A stretch of DNA of 64,000 nt from positions 214,177-278,176 of the forward strand of contig CAZAXH010000002.1 in assembly GCA_964489065.1 (NCBI GenBank). Reading direction: 5' to 3'. A program made the position numbers and the translations under genes. Under the pieces are notes generated by a model. That model did no database searches. It had not been told where the DNA came from and saw only the letters and a list, made by a program, of their open reading frames with translations. The DNA is from an uncultured Planctomycetales bacterium (GTDB lineage: Bacteria > Omnitrophota > Gorgyraeia > Zapsychrales > JANLHA01). This document shows positions 19,512-29,692 of this stretch, piece by piece (positions within the stretch are counted from its first letter, which is position 1; each line of letters begins with the position of its first letter).

Positions 19512-21263
19512 ATGGCCAGACCGGTGGTGAATCAGGGGATTAAAAATATTCGTGAACACGGCAGCGCTGTTTTCCGGAGCGGCGCTCATATGATGCCGAG
19601 CGTTTCCTTAATGGTCGCCGAGGGCGTGATTAAAAGCGTAAAAGACCTGGACCGGCCTTTTGTGACGATTATCAACTCATACACCAACCAGATTCCGGGG
19701 CACGCCCATCTGGATCAGCTGGGCGCGGTCTTGAAAGCGGAACTGGAAAGCAAGGGCGTGAATGTCTGGTATGCGAATATCGGCGGGGCGATTTGCGACG
19801 GGATCGCCATGGGGCATTTCGGGATGAAATATTCTCTGCCGTCGCGGGAACTGATCGCCGATCAGATTGAAACCATTATCGGCGCCCATCCCCCTGATGC
19901 CTGGATCGGCATCGGGAACTGTGACAAGATCGTGCCGGCCATGTATAACGCTATGGTGCGGATTAATATCCCTGCTCTTTATGTCAGCGGCGGGCCCATG
20001 CTGTCCGGCTGCGGGAACACGGACCTCATCTCGATTTTTGAAGGAGTCGGGAAACACAGTGTGGGGAAACTCGGGCTGAAGGATTTGGAGGCCCTCACGG
20101 AAACCGCCTGCCCGAGTTGCGGAAGTTGCTCCGGGATGTATACCGCCAATTCCATGAACTGCCTGGGTGAAGTGCTGGGACTGGCTCTCCCGGGGAACGG
20201 GAGCATCCCGGCGGCGCGCTGGGTGAATGGGAAACCCGGCCCGGTGGAGATCAATCCGCAGAGAATCGACCTGGTCCGTCAGGCGGCGGGCAAGATCCTC
20301 GAGCTTTTGGAGCAGAATCTCCGCCCGCTGGATATCGTGACCAGACAGGCGATCGACAATGCCTTTATTCTTGACATGGCCATGGGTGGCTCCACGAATA
20401 CGGTTTTGCACACCCTCGCGTTGGCGCATGAAGCGGGCATTCCGTATTCGTTAAAAAGGATAAGCGCGATTTCCAAGAAGACCGCGAATATCATTAAAAT
20501 TTCCCCCTCCCGGCCGGATGTGCATCTGGAAGACGTGGACCGCATCGGCGGGATGGGTGCGATCCTAAAAGCCCTTCACAAGGCCGGGCATAAGGAATTG
20601 GACCTCACCGCCCGGACGGTTTACGGAACTTTGGGGGATTATGTGTTAAAATCCCCTGACCCCGATGGAGATATCTTGCGGCCGGTCGAAAAGGCGTTTT
20701 CTCCTGAAGGCGGGTTGGCCGTGCTTTTCGGGAACATCGCCCGCAACGGAGCGGTCTTAAAAACCAGCGGGGTTGACCCTGATATGCTGTGCTTCTCCGG
20801 CCCGGCCAGAGTGTATGAATCCCAGGAACAGGCTTTGGACGGGATTTTGAAAGGTAAAATCAAGGATGGGGATGTGGTCGTGATCCGTTATGAAGGCCCG
20901 CGGGGCGGACCGGGAATGCAGGAGATGCTGTCTCCCACGGCTGCGATTAAAGGGGCGGGGATCCGGGCAGCGCTTATTACGGACGGACGTTTTTCCGGAG
21001 GAACGCGGGGGTTATGCATCGGACACGTCTCTCCGGAGGCGGCCTCAGGCGGGGAGATCGCGCTTATCCACAACGGAGATATTATTGAAATCGACGTGCA
21101 GCGTAAACAGATGAATGTTAAGGTGCCGCAGAAGGAACTGGCGTCGAGAAGAAAGAAATTAAAGCCATTTCAGCTTAAAGTCAAGGGCGGCTGGCTGGCC
21201 CGGTATTGTCAATTCGTATCTGATGCGAACACGGGAGCCGTGCTTAAAGATTTTATCGTATAG
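19512..21263 (+). CDS. ilvD: dihydroxy-acid dehydratase (IlvD/Edd family)
   Basis: CDKIVPAMYNAMVRINIPALYVSGGPM, GSCSGMYTANSMNCLGE motifs. Confidence 0.9.
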   Translation: MARPVVNQGIKNIREHGSAVFRSGAHMMPSVSLMVAEGVIKSVKDLDRPFVTIINSYTNQIPGHAHLDQLGAVLKAELESKGVNVWYANIGGAICDGIAMGHFGMKYSLPSRELIADQIETIIGAHPPDAWIGIGNCDKIVPAMYNAMVRINIPALYVSGGPMLSGCGNTDLISIFEGVGKHSVGKLGLKDLEALTETACPSCGSCSGMYTANSMNCLGEVLGLALPGNGSIPAARWVNGKPGPVEINPQRIDLVRQAAGKILELLEQNLRPLDIVTRQAIDNAFILDMAMGGSTNTVLHTLALAHEAGIPYSLKRISAISKKTANIIKISPSRPDVHLEDVDRIGGMGAILKALHKAGHKELDLTARTVYGTLGDYVLKSPDPDGDILRPVEKAFSPEGGLAVLFGNIARNGAVLKTSGVDPDMLCFSGPARVYESQEQALDGILKGKIKDGDVVVIRYEGPRGGPGMQEMLSPTAAIKGAGIRAALITDGRFSGGTRGLCIGHVSPEAASGGEIALIHNGDIIEIDVQRKQMNVKVPQKELASRRKKLKPFQLKVKGGWLARYCQFVSDANTGAVLKDFIV

Positions 21264-21412
21264 CCCAATGTCCCTTCGATAATCATTACGAATAGCGGCC
21301 TTTTTTAAGGTAATTCATTATTAAGTAGATTAATTTACTTGACAATGCAGGGCTTTGTGTTAAATTTATATTGCTATTTAATTTATCGAGAAAGTAGGGA
21401 AAGGAGCCCTTC

Positions 21413-21853
21413 ATGAGGCTATCGACACGCGCGCAATACGGAACTTTGCTTATGTTAAATTTGGCCTTAAAATACGGGAAAGGGCCGATTCTTCTTAAAG
21501 ATGTGGCTCAAGCGGAAGGAATTTCTGAAAAATATCTCAGCCAGATTATTATCCCGCTTAAAGCCGCTGGTCTGGTAAAATCTTTTCGTGGACCTCATGG
21601 CGGCTATGTGCTTGCGAAACCTAAAAAGATGATCACGATGAAAGATATTGTGGAGGTCCTAGAAGGGACGGCGGACTTTGTGGGGTATGATAAAAATATT
21701 TCTCAAGCGAATCGCGTTTCCGTCACTGTCACGAAAAATTTCTGGAATGAGCTCGGAGAAAAGATAACTCAGGCTCTTGCCTCTGTTTCTCTAGCGGATC
21801 TGGAGCGCCAAAGCCGGGATTTACTCGAGAGCGCTATAATTTACCATATATAA
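21413..21853 (+). CDS. Rrf2-family transcriptional regulator (IscR/CymR-like)
   Basis: MRLSTRAQYGTLLMLNLAL...HGGYVLAKP. Confidence 0.85.
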   Translation: MRLSTRAQYGTLLMLNLALKYGKGPILLKDVAQAEGISEKYLSQIIIPLKAAGLVKSFRGPHGGYVLAKPKKMITMKDIVEVLEGTADFVGYDKNISQANRVSVTVTKNFWNELGEKITQALASVSLADLERQSRDLLESAIIYHI

Positions 21854-21869
21854 TTATGTCTTACGGTAA

Positions 21870-23174
<1,305 letters not shown>

Positions 23175-23205
23175 AGGCCCGGAGGTTGATGAGAAGGAGG
23201 TTTTT

Positions 23206-24132
23206 ATGACGCGTATTTATGAGGATATCACCAAGACCGTCGGGCACACGCCTTTAGTGCGGATCAACAAGCTGACGCGGGGTGTTCAGGCGGCCGTCTT
23301 GGCCAAACTTGAATTTTTTAACCCTTTATCGAGCGTGAAAGACCGTGTTGGGGTCGCGATGATTGAAGCGGCGGAAAGGCAGGGTCTTTTAAATAAGGAT
23401 TCCGTTATTATCGAGCCGACCAGCGGGAACACCGGGATCGCATTGGCCTTTGTTGCGGCCGCGAAGGGCTACCGCTTGATCCTGACTATGCCGGACACGA
23501 TGAGTGTGGAGAGAAGGAAATTGTTGAAAGGCCTAGGCGCGGAAGTTGTTTTAACGGAGGGAGCCCTGGGGATGAAGGGCTCCATTGATAAAGCGGAGGA
23601 CCTGTCCCGCCAGATGAAGAACAGTTTTATCCCTCAGCAGTTTAAGAATCCCGCCAATCCGGAAATTCACCGCAAAACGACGGCCGAGGAAATTTGGGCG
23701 GATACGGGGGGCCGGGTTGATTATTTTATCGCCGGGGTTGGAACCGGGGGGACCTTCTCCGGTGTTTCCGAAGTGCTGAAGGAAAGGAATCCGGCGGTCA
23801 AAACCATCGCCCTGGAACCGGCGGATTCCCCGGTGTTGTCCGGCGGGCTGCCGGGTTCGCATAAAATTCAGGGCATAGGGGCGGGTTTTGTTCCCGAGGT
23901 GCTCAACCGGGATATGATTGATGAAATTATTCTGGTGTCCCATGAGAATGCCGGCGTGATGGCCCGGCGGCTTGCCCGTGAAGAAGGGATACTGGCCGGG
24001 ATTTCCAGCGGGGCGGCGATGTGGGCGGCTTTGGAAGTCGCCCGGCGTCCGGAGGCCGGGGGAAAGACGATCGTGACGATTTTCCCCTCCTGCGGGGAGC
24101 GGTATTTGTCTACCTGGCTGTATGAAGAATAA
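23206..24132 (+). CDS. cysK: cysteine synthase A (O-acetylserine sulfhydrylase)
   Basis: [19 protein letters not shown]-lysine, GTGGT glycine loop. Confidence 0.9.
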   Translation: MTRIYEDITKTVGHTPLVRINKLTRGVQAAVLAKLEFFNPLSSVKDRVGVAMIEAAERQGLLNKDSVIIEPTSGNTGIALAFVAAAKGYRLILTMPDTMSVERRKLLKGLGAEVVLTEGALGMKGSIDKAEDLSRQMKNSFIPQQFKNPANPEIHRKTTAEEIWADTGGRVDYFIAGVGTGGTFSGVSEVLKERNPAVKTIALEPADSPVLSGGLPGSHKIQGIGAGFVPEVLNRDMIDEIILVSHENAGVMARRLAREEGILAGISSGAAMWAALEVARRPEAGGKTIVTIFPSCGERYLSTWLYEE

Positions 24133-24257
24133 GGCCGGAACGCCTCCTTGAGAAGTATGGCGGTTTTACAAAAAAATCGGGCGATAAGACTGTAAGAATA
24201 TGCCCGGAACTCCGACCAAAGGTCAGGATTTGGAAAACGCATACCAAGGAGGGTGAA

Positions 24258-24806
24258 ATGTCATATGTGAACGCGGTTCGTTATGAAGAAGCGGCTCCGG
24301 AGGTCCGGGAACTGCTGGATGGGATTAAAAAGAAACTCCGGAGGATCCCGAATGTTTACGCTATGATAGCGCGTTCTCCCGTTGCTCTTAAAGCTTTTCT
24401 TGAGTACGGAGAAACCCTTAAGAAAGGGGAGTTGGGTCCTCAGGAGTTAGAGGCGGTTGCTTTGAGCATAGCGCAGGTGAACCGGTGTGATTATTGTCTG
24501 GCGGCGCACACCGCGATCGCCAAGATGTCCGGCTTGAGTGAAGAAGACACCTGGCAACTGCGCACCGGAACCAGCCGGGACGTTAAGCTCAAAGCGGCTG
24601 CCGCCTTGGCGAAAGATATCGTCGAAACGCAAGGGCGTCCTTCCCGGGAAAAAGTTGACGCGTTTTTTGCCGCCGGTTACAGCCAGGCGGCCCTGGTGGA
24701 ACTGATAGCACTTGTTTCTTTAAACATATTTACCAATTATTTTAACCATATTGCCGAGACAGAGGTGGATTTCCCGGGTTATAAGCAGCTTTCAGCCGAG
24801 GGCTGA
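24258..24806 (+). CDS. carboxymuconolactone decarboxylase / AhpD-like peroxidase-related protein
   Basis: AhpD core CDYCLAAHT. Confidence 0.7.
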   Translation: MSYVNAVRYEEAAPEVRELLDGIKKKLRRIPNVYAMIARSPVALKAFLEYGETLKKGELGPQELEAVALSIAQVNRCDYCLAAHTAIAKMSGLSEEDTWQLRTGTSRDVKLKAAAALAKDIVETQGRPSREKVDAFFAAGYSQAALVELIALVSLNIFTNYFNHIAETEVDFPGYKQLSAEG

Positions 24807-24877
24807 GGATCGTTTTAATCCGTTTGCGCAGAAGACTGCGGGCATGCCCATGGATGAATGCGTGAGGTTAACAGAGA

Positions 24878-24913
24878 GACCGGCGGGTTTTTTATGCCCG
24901 CCGGTCTTTTTTT
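24878..24913 (+). terminator. rho-independent terminator
   Basis: gaccggcggg-tttttta-tgcccgccggtc then TTTTTTT. Confidence 0.75.
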
Positions 24914-25096
24914 CGGAAAGGGTCAGCGGTGGATGTTGCCGGATATTTATCTTGCGTCTAAAGAAAAATAGTGTTAAACCAATACGTATCTGTAATCCCG
25001 GGCCCTGTTGACTTTTTCGTGAGGCGGAGGACGGAATCATCCGGGGGCTGATGGGATAATTTTTTTAATAACCCCTTAGCGAAAGGAGTGGCTTGT

Positions 25097-25906
25097 ATGC
25101 AGACCGACATTAATCAGCTACAAACGTTAGTCGTCACTTATGTTATCAGGATTGTGGCCGCCATTGTCATTTTTTTCGTCGGGCGTATTATTGCCAACTT
25201 TATTTCCTCTCTTGTTAAGAAATTGATGCTGAAGGCGAAGGTGGATGTGACGCTGGCCGGCTTTGTCCAGCATCTTTCCTTTATGGGTATCATGGTTTTT
25301 GTCATTATCGCGGCTTTAAACAAACTCGGCGTGGAGACCACCTCAATGGTGGCCGTGATCGGCGCCGCCGGTTTGGCCGTCGGTCTGGCTTTGCAGGGCT
25401 CTTTGGCGAATTTCGCCGCCGGAGTCATGCTGGTGATATTCAAGCCGTTCAGTGTCGGGGATTTTATCAATGCCGCGGGGGAAATGGGGACAGTTCAGGA
25501 AATCCAGATTTTTAATACCGTATTGGCTCACCCGGATAACCGCAGGATCGTTGTTCCCAACAGTCATATTACGGGGGGGAGCATCACGAATTTCAGCGCG
25601 ATTGAAAACCGACGGGTTGATTTGCAATTCGGGATCTCTTACAGTGATGACATGAAGAAGGCCAAGGAAGCCTTGATGAAGGTGGTGACGTCCGACCCGC
25701 GCGTGCTGAAAAATCCTGCTCCGGTTGTGGCGGTCAGTGAATTGGGGGACAGCAGTGTGAATCTGGTCTGCCGCCCTTGGGTGAAGCCTGGAGATTACTG
25801 GGGGGCTTATTTTGATATCGTGGAAAAAGGCAAACTCGCTCTTGAGGAGGCCGGCATGACGATCCCCTTCCCGCAAAGTGATGTGCATCTTTATAACGAA
25901 AAATAA
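25097..25906 (+). CDS. mscS: small-conductance mechanosensitive channel MscS
   Basis: 3 TM helices, MscS beta-domain GDFI..GTVQEIQIFNTVL; ATG 25097 with RBS GAAAGGAG (GTG 25088 also possible). Confidence 0.85.
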   Translation: MQTDINQLQTLVVTYVIRIVAAIVIFFVGRIIANFISSLVKKLMLKAKVDVTLAGFVQHLSFMGIMVFVIIAALNKLGVETTSMVAVIGAAGLAVGLALQGSLANFAAGVMLVIFKPFSVGDFINAAGEMGTVQEIQIFNTVLAHPDNRRIVVPNSHITGGSITNFSAIENRRVDLQFGISYSDDMKKAKEALMKVVTSDPRVLKNPAPVVAVSELGDSSVNLVCRPWVKPGDYWGAYFDIVEKGKLALEEAGMTIPFPQSDVHLYNEK

Positions 25907-25914
25907 ATTTGTAA

Positions 25915-25962
25915 GCAACCCCGGCCTTTTTCAGGCCGGGGTTGCTATGCGGTAGCATTTTT
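25915..25962. terminator. terminator hairpin (12-bp perfect stem) with trailing T-run
   Basis: gcaaccccggcc-tttttca-ggccggggttgc ... TTTTTT. Confidence 0.65.
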
Positions 25963-26197
25963 TGCCTGCCGGGAACGGCGGGTGGAACCCCTTCCCTGTG
26001 CGATATCCTTATCCCGGATTAATTGCTGTAAACACTTCGCCCGACGAATGTTGTGATTAATACAGCTGCCCGCCTGTGTTATAATTACACATCAAATTTT
26101 TGGAAAAAGTCGAGGACAAACGTAATGAGAAACTTAACGATTCGTTGACGAGGGAATTTTTATGCCGGGCCTGTGTGCCCGGTTTCTTTACAAAAAT

Positions 26198-27046
26198 ATG
26201 AAGAAAACAATTCTTATCAGCAGCTCACAGGGAGAATTTGTCGTTGTGGGGGTTTATTACTGGAGATGCCTTGTTGGGTCGTTTTTTGATGTCTTTCTTT
26301 TTGAAGATGTTCCCGCTGCAGACCGGCGGGTAGACGATGTCTATCTTGCAGAAGTTGAGCGCGCCGATATTTATGTAGGTCTTTTGGGTAATGAATACGG
26401 GAGGGCCAAACCCGGGAAGATTTTTCCGGTAGAACAGGAATTTCAACGGGCATCCTCGTCACAGAAGACGCGGTTTGTTTTCATTAAAGGAGCTGACGAT
26501 AGCGCGTGTGATGCTCGAATGCTCGCCCTTGTCAATAAGGTTGGCCATGAGCTTGTTCGTCGCAGGTTCAACTCGGCGCCAGAGCTCATCGGCGCAGTCT
26601 AGGCCAGCTTTGTTCAGTATCTGGAAGACAAGCAATTGATAAGGACAGGCCCTTTCGACGGTTCGCCACGCCTTAAGGCTGATCAAAAAGATCTCGATGA
26701 TGAAAAGATTGTCAAATTTTTCTCGTTAGCGCGCAGGGCGCGTGGTTTACCGTTATCTGAAGATGCCAGCCCCAAGGAAGTATTGACCCATTTGAATTTG
26801 CTTGATGGGGAGAAGCCAACCAATGCGGCGGTTCTTTTATTCGCAAAGCAACCCTAGCGGTTTTTGATATCTTCCGGGGTCAAGTGCGCCCATTTTCATG
26901 GGACAGAAGTCGCTAAGCCGATCCTCTCCTATCAGGTTTATAAAGGCACGGTGGTTGAACTGGTGGATCAGGCTGTCAAGTTTGTGATGTCCAACATTAA
27001 TCTCGCTGTCGGCACCAGAAAACATTCCTCCCAGGCTCCTGACTGA
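26198..27046 (+). pseudogene. DUF4062 plus Schlafen-like AlbA_2 (divergent AAA) domain defence-type protein, disrupted by two in-frame TAG codons and C-terminally truncated
   Basis: Pieces 26198-26602, 26603-26857 and 26858-27046 are all in the same frame, separated by TAG at 26600-26602 and 26855-26857. N-terminus matches DUF4062 (DDVYLAEVERADIYVGLLGNEYG...TRFVFIKG...RRFNSAPEL); the later pieces match AlbA_2 (LPLSEDASPKEVLTHLNLL...NAAVLLFAKQP | RFLISSGVKCAHFHGTEVAK...ELVDQAVKFVMSNINLAV). The expected ATPase domain is absent. Confidence 0.6.
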
Positions 27047-27466
27047 AAAAGGGTGGGAATATTTGAAGGGCGAAGGACGGAGTGTTTAAGGCCGGGCCCG
27101 TGCGTCCGGTTTTTTGTTATACGTAAATGGATTGGGGGAGACGGGCTAACCGTGGTTGAATTTTATACATTAGACAGGACGGGGAGTTGTAAAGCGGGTG
27201 GAATTTTTGAGCTATTGCCATCGAGATACTCGATAGCGTATTCATTAGCTCCCAGATAAACAGATAAATTCAGAAATTGAAGACACAATGAAACAGTTGT
27301 TCCCGGGAGGGCTTTTTTCTCGTGGTCGAGGGAAGACGCTATTTCGCTAAAGGAACTTTACAATCTGCAGGTTCCACAAAGAAAGTTAATGTTCGATTGA
27401 AAAGAGGACACTCGAGCTAAGAAAATAACGTTATCTCCCGGCTCTGCGGTATTAAATAAGAAAATA

Positions 27467-27503
27467 GCCGAATATGACGTTGTCATATTCGGCATTATTT
27501 GTT
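27467..27503 (+). terminator. terminator-like hairpin (12-bp perfect stem) with T-rich tail
   Basis: gccgaatatgac-gttg-gtcatattcggc then attatttgtt. Confidence 0.45.
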
Positions 27504-27555
27504 ACAATAATCCAGTTTTATTTTTAATAATTATATTAATAGAAAGGCTGTCGTG

Positions 27556-29667
27556 ATGTCTGCTGAGCATAATTTGTTTTTGAATTCAAAAGGGGAGCAA
27601 GGTGGGAAACAGAATTTAAAGGACTTGAAGGGTGTGTTTTATCCGCAAAGGGTTGTCATTATCGGGGCCTCCGCAAACCCCGCCAAGATTGGGTTTCAGA
27701 TCCTGCAGAATGTGATTGAGGCCGGATTCCCCGGGGATATCCTTCCGGTGAACCCTAAAGAAGATGTTATCTTGGGACAGAAAACCTATCCGTCGGTTCA
27801 GGACATCCCGGGGGAGATTGATCTGGCTGTCATTGCCATCCCGGCCAAGATGGTGGTTGCTACGATGCAGGAATGCGCACGGAAAGGCATTAAAAACATT
27901 TCAATCATCACCTCCGGTTTTTCAGAGGTGGGGAATAAAGCGGAAGAAGAGCAGATCAAGCAGATCGCGGATGAAAACGGGATCGCCGTCTTGGGGCCTA
28001 ATACGCTGGGCATTGTTTACACTCCGTCCCGGCTTAACGCCAGTTTTGGTCCCAAAAGCGTTCTCCCGGGGAAGATTGCTTTTATTTCCCAGAGCGGGGC
28101 CCTGGCCATCGCCCTGATGGGGTGGACCGTAATGGAAAAAATCGGGTTGGCGGCGCTGATCAATTTGGGCAATAAAGCGGACGTGGAAGAGCGCAATCTT
28201 ATTGAATATTTTAACAACGACGATAATGTGAACGTCGTGGTGATTTATATGGAAGGGCTCAAAGACGGGCAGAGTTTCCTTAAAACCGTTATTAAGAAGC
28301 CGGTCGTTGTTTTGAAGGTCGGGCGTTCCAGCCGGGGGGCCAAGGCGGCGGCGTCCCATACCGGGTCGTTGGCCGGGAGCGACGGGATCTATGATGCGGC
28401 GTTCCGGCAGATGGGTTTGTTGCGCGCCAATACATTTACCGAGGCCTTTAATTGGTCTCGGACGCTGTCTTTGCCGATGCCTAAAGGACGGGACGCGGTG
28501 ATTATTACCAATGGAGGCGGGATCGGTGTCTTTGCGACGGATGAATGCGAGGCCGCAGGAATCGCGCTTTTAGACGACCCCGCCTGGCTGGAGGCAAAAT
28601 TCCGCAGCACCATGCCCGATTTCGGCAGCACAAAAAATCCGATTGATATTACCGGGCAGGGACACGGCGATCAGTACAGCCGGGCCGCGCGGGTGGCTTT
28701 CGCGGAGGACCGTATTCATACGGCGATTGTTCTTTACTGTGAGACGGCGGTGACCGATCCTTTGGCCATCGCCAAGGCTTTGGCGGGAGAGTATGACGCG
28801 TCAGGGCGGCAGAAGCCGTTTATTGTCACTATGGTAGGGGGGGCGCGGGCCCGGGAGGCGTTACTTTATTTGAACGAAAGGCATATCCCGGCGTTTGGAG
28901 CAGTTGATGAAGCGGTGTCGGCATTGAAAGCCCTGTATTCCTGGAAAGAGATCGCCAGCCGTCCGAAAGACAATCCTGTGGCGGCGGCGCTTCCGGCTGA
29001 AGCCTTGAGCGTTATTGAGAAAGTGAAAGCCGAGGGGCGCACGGCCCTTATGGAGCATGAAGCCCGTCAGGTCATGCAGGCGTGCGGGGTTCCCACACCG
29101 CGGTCGGCTTTCGTGAATTCCCTCGAGCAGGCGTTGAAAGAGGCCGAGGGGATGTATCCTCTTGCCATGAAAATCGCGTCTCCGGATATCATTCATAAAA
29201 CCGATGTGGGGGGCGTTGTCCTCAATATTAAGAGCCCGGAGGAGTTGCGGGAGAAATATGAACGGATGATGGACAACATCGCCCGGCTTCAGCCGCAGGC
29301 CAAGCTTTTTGGCGTTAATCTGGTTCAGATGGTCCAGGGGATTGAATGCATCGTCGGTATGAGCCGGGACGCGCAGTTTGGCCCCGTCGTTATGTTCGGG
29401 CTGGGCGGCGTTTTTGTGGAAGCCCTGAAAGATGTTTCTTTCCGGGTCGTCCCTTTCGGACAGGTTGAGGCCGGCCGGCTGATTCAGGAAATAAAAAGCC
29501 GCAAGATCCTCGACGGGTTCCGGGGCATGAAAGCCCATAAGGAATCCATCATCCAGACGATCTGCGCGGTGCAGAAATTGTCTTCCGTTGTCAAAGAGGT
29601 TGATATTAACCCTCTGGTCAGCAATCAGGACGGCAGCTTCGCGGTGGATGCGCGGATCATTTTGTAA
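27556..29667 (+). CDS. acetyl-CoA synthetase (ADP-forming), fused alpha/beta subunits (acetate--CoA ligase [ADP-forming])
   Basis: N-terminal CoA-binding Rossmann domain (RVVIIGASANPAKIG), CoA-ligase domain, C-terminal ATP-grasp; ~700 aa. Confidence 0.85.
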   Translation: MSAEHNLFLNSKGEQGGKQNLKDLKGVFYPQRVVIIGASANPAKIGFQILQNVIEAGFPGDILPVNPKEDVILGQKTYPSVQDIPGEIDLAVIAIPAKMVVATMQECARKGIKNISIITSGFSEVGNKAEEEQIKQIADENGIAVLGPNTLGIVYTPSRLNASFGPKSVLPGKIAFISQSGALAIALMGWTVMEKIGLAALINLGNKADVEERNLIEYFNNDDNVNVVVIYMEGLKDGQSFLKTVIKKPVVVLKVGRSSRGAKAAASHTGSLAGSDGIYDAAFRQMGLLRANTFTEAFNWSRTLSLPMPKGRDAVIITNGGGIGVFATDECEAAGIALLDDPAWLEAKFRSTMPDFGSTKNPIDITGQGHGDQYSRAARVAFAEDRIHTAIVLYCETAVTDPLAIAKALAGEYDASGRQKPFIVTMVGGARAREALLYLNERHIPAFGAVDEAVSALKALYSWKEIASRPKDNPVAAALPAEALSVIEKVKAEGRTALMEHEARQVMQACGVPTPRSAFVNSLEQALKEAEGMYPLAMKIASPDIIHKTDVGGVVLNIKSPEELREKYERMMDNIARLQPQAKLFGVNLVQMVQGIECIVGMSRDAQFGPVVMFGLGGVFVEALKDVSFRVVPFGQVEAGRLIQEIKSRKILDGFRGMKAHKESIIQTICAVQKLSSVVKEVDINPLVSNQDGSFAVDARIIL

Positions 29668-29692
29668 CCATCCCCGGTGCTGACGCTATGGT

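Noticed and set aside
19677-20429. 250-aa minus-strand ORF inside ilvD (also 2914-3567, 14241-15068, 31937-32683, 44923-45708 and 46264-46899 minus-strand ORFs)
   Set aside because: All lie entirely within strongly supported + strand genes (ilvD, helicase, histidine kinase, pyk/GH57, PFOR) and have low-complexity Arg/Pro-rich translations. They are treated as spurious shadow ORFs.
26600-26857. Possible TAG sense-codon reassignment or programmed readthrough to explain the in-frame ambers
   Set aside because: TAG terminates several well-supported genes in this window (hybrid histidine kinase 9235-9237, MORN protein, GH57, pilO), so it is a functional stop codon here. Pseudogenisation is the simpler explanation.
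27092-27118. Weak terminator-like CCGG...CCGG plus T6 after the small ORF at 27053
   Set aside because: The stem is only 4-5 bp with mismatches, which is insufficient support.
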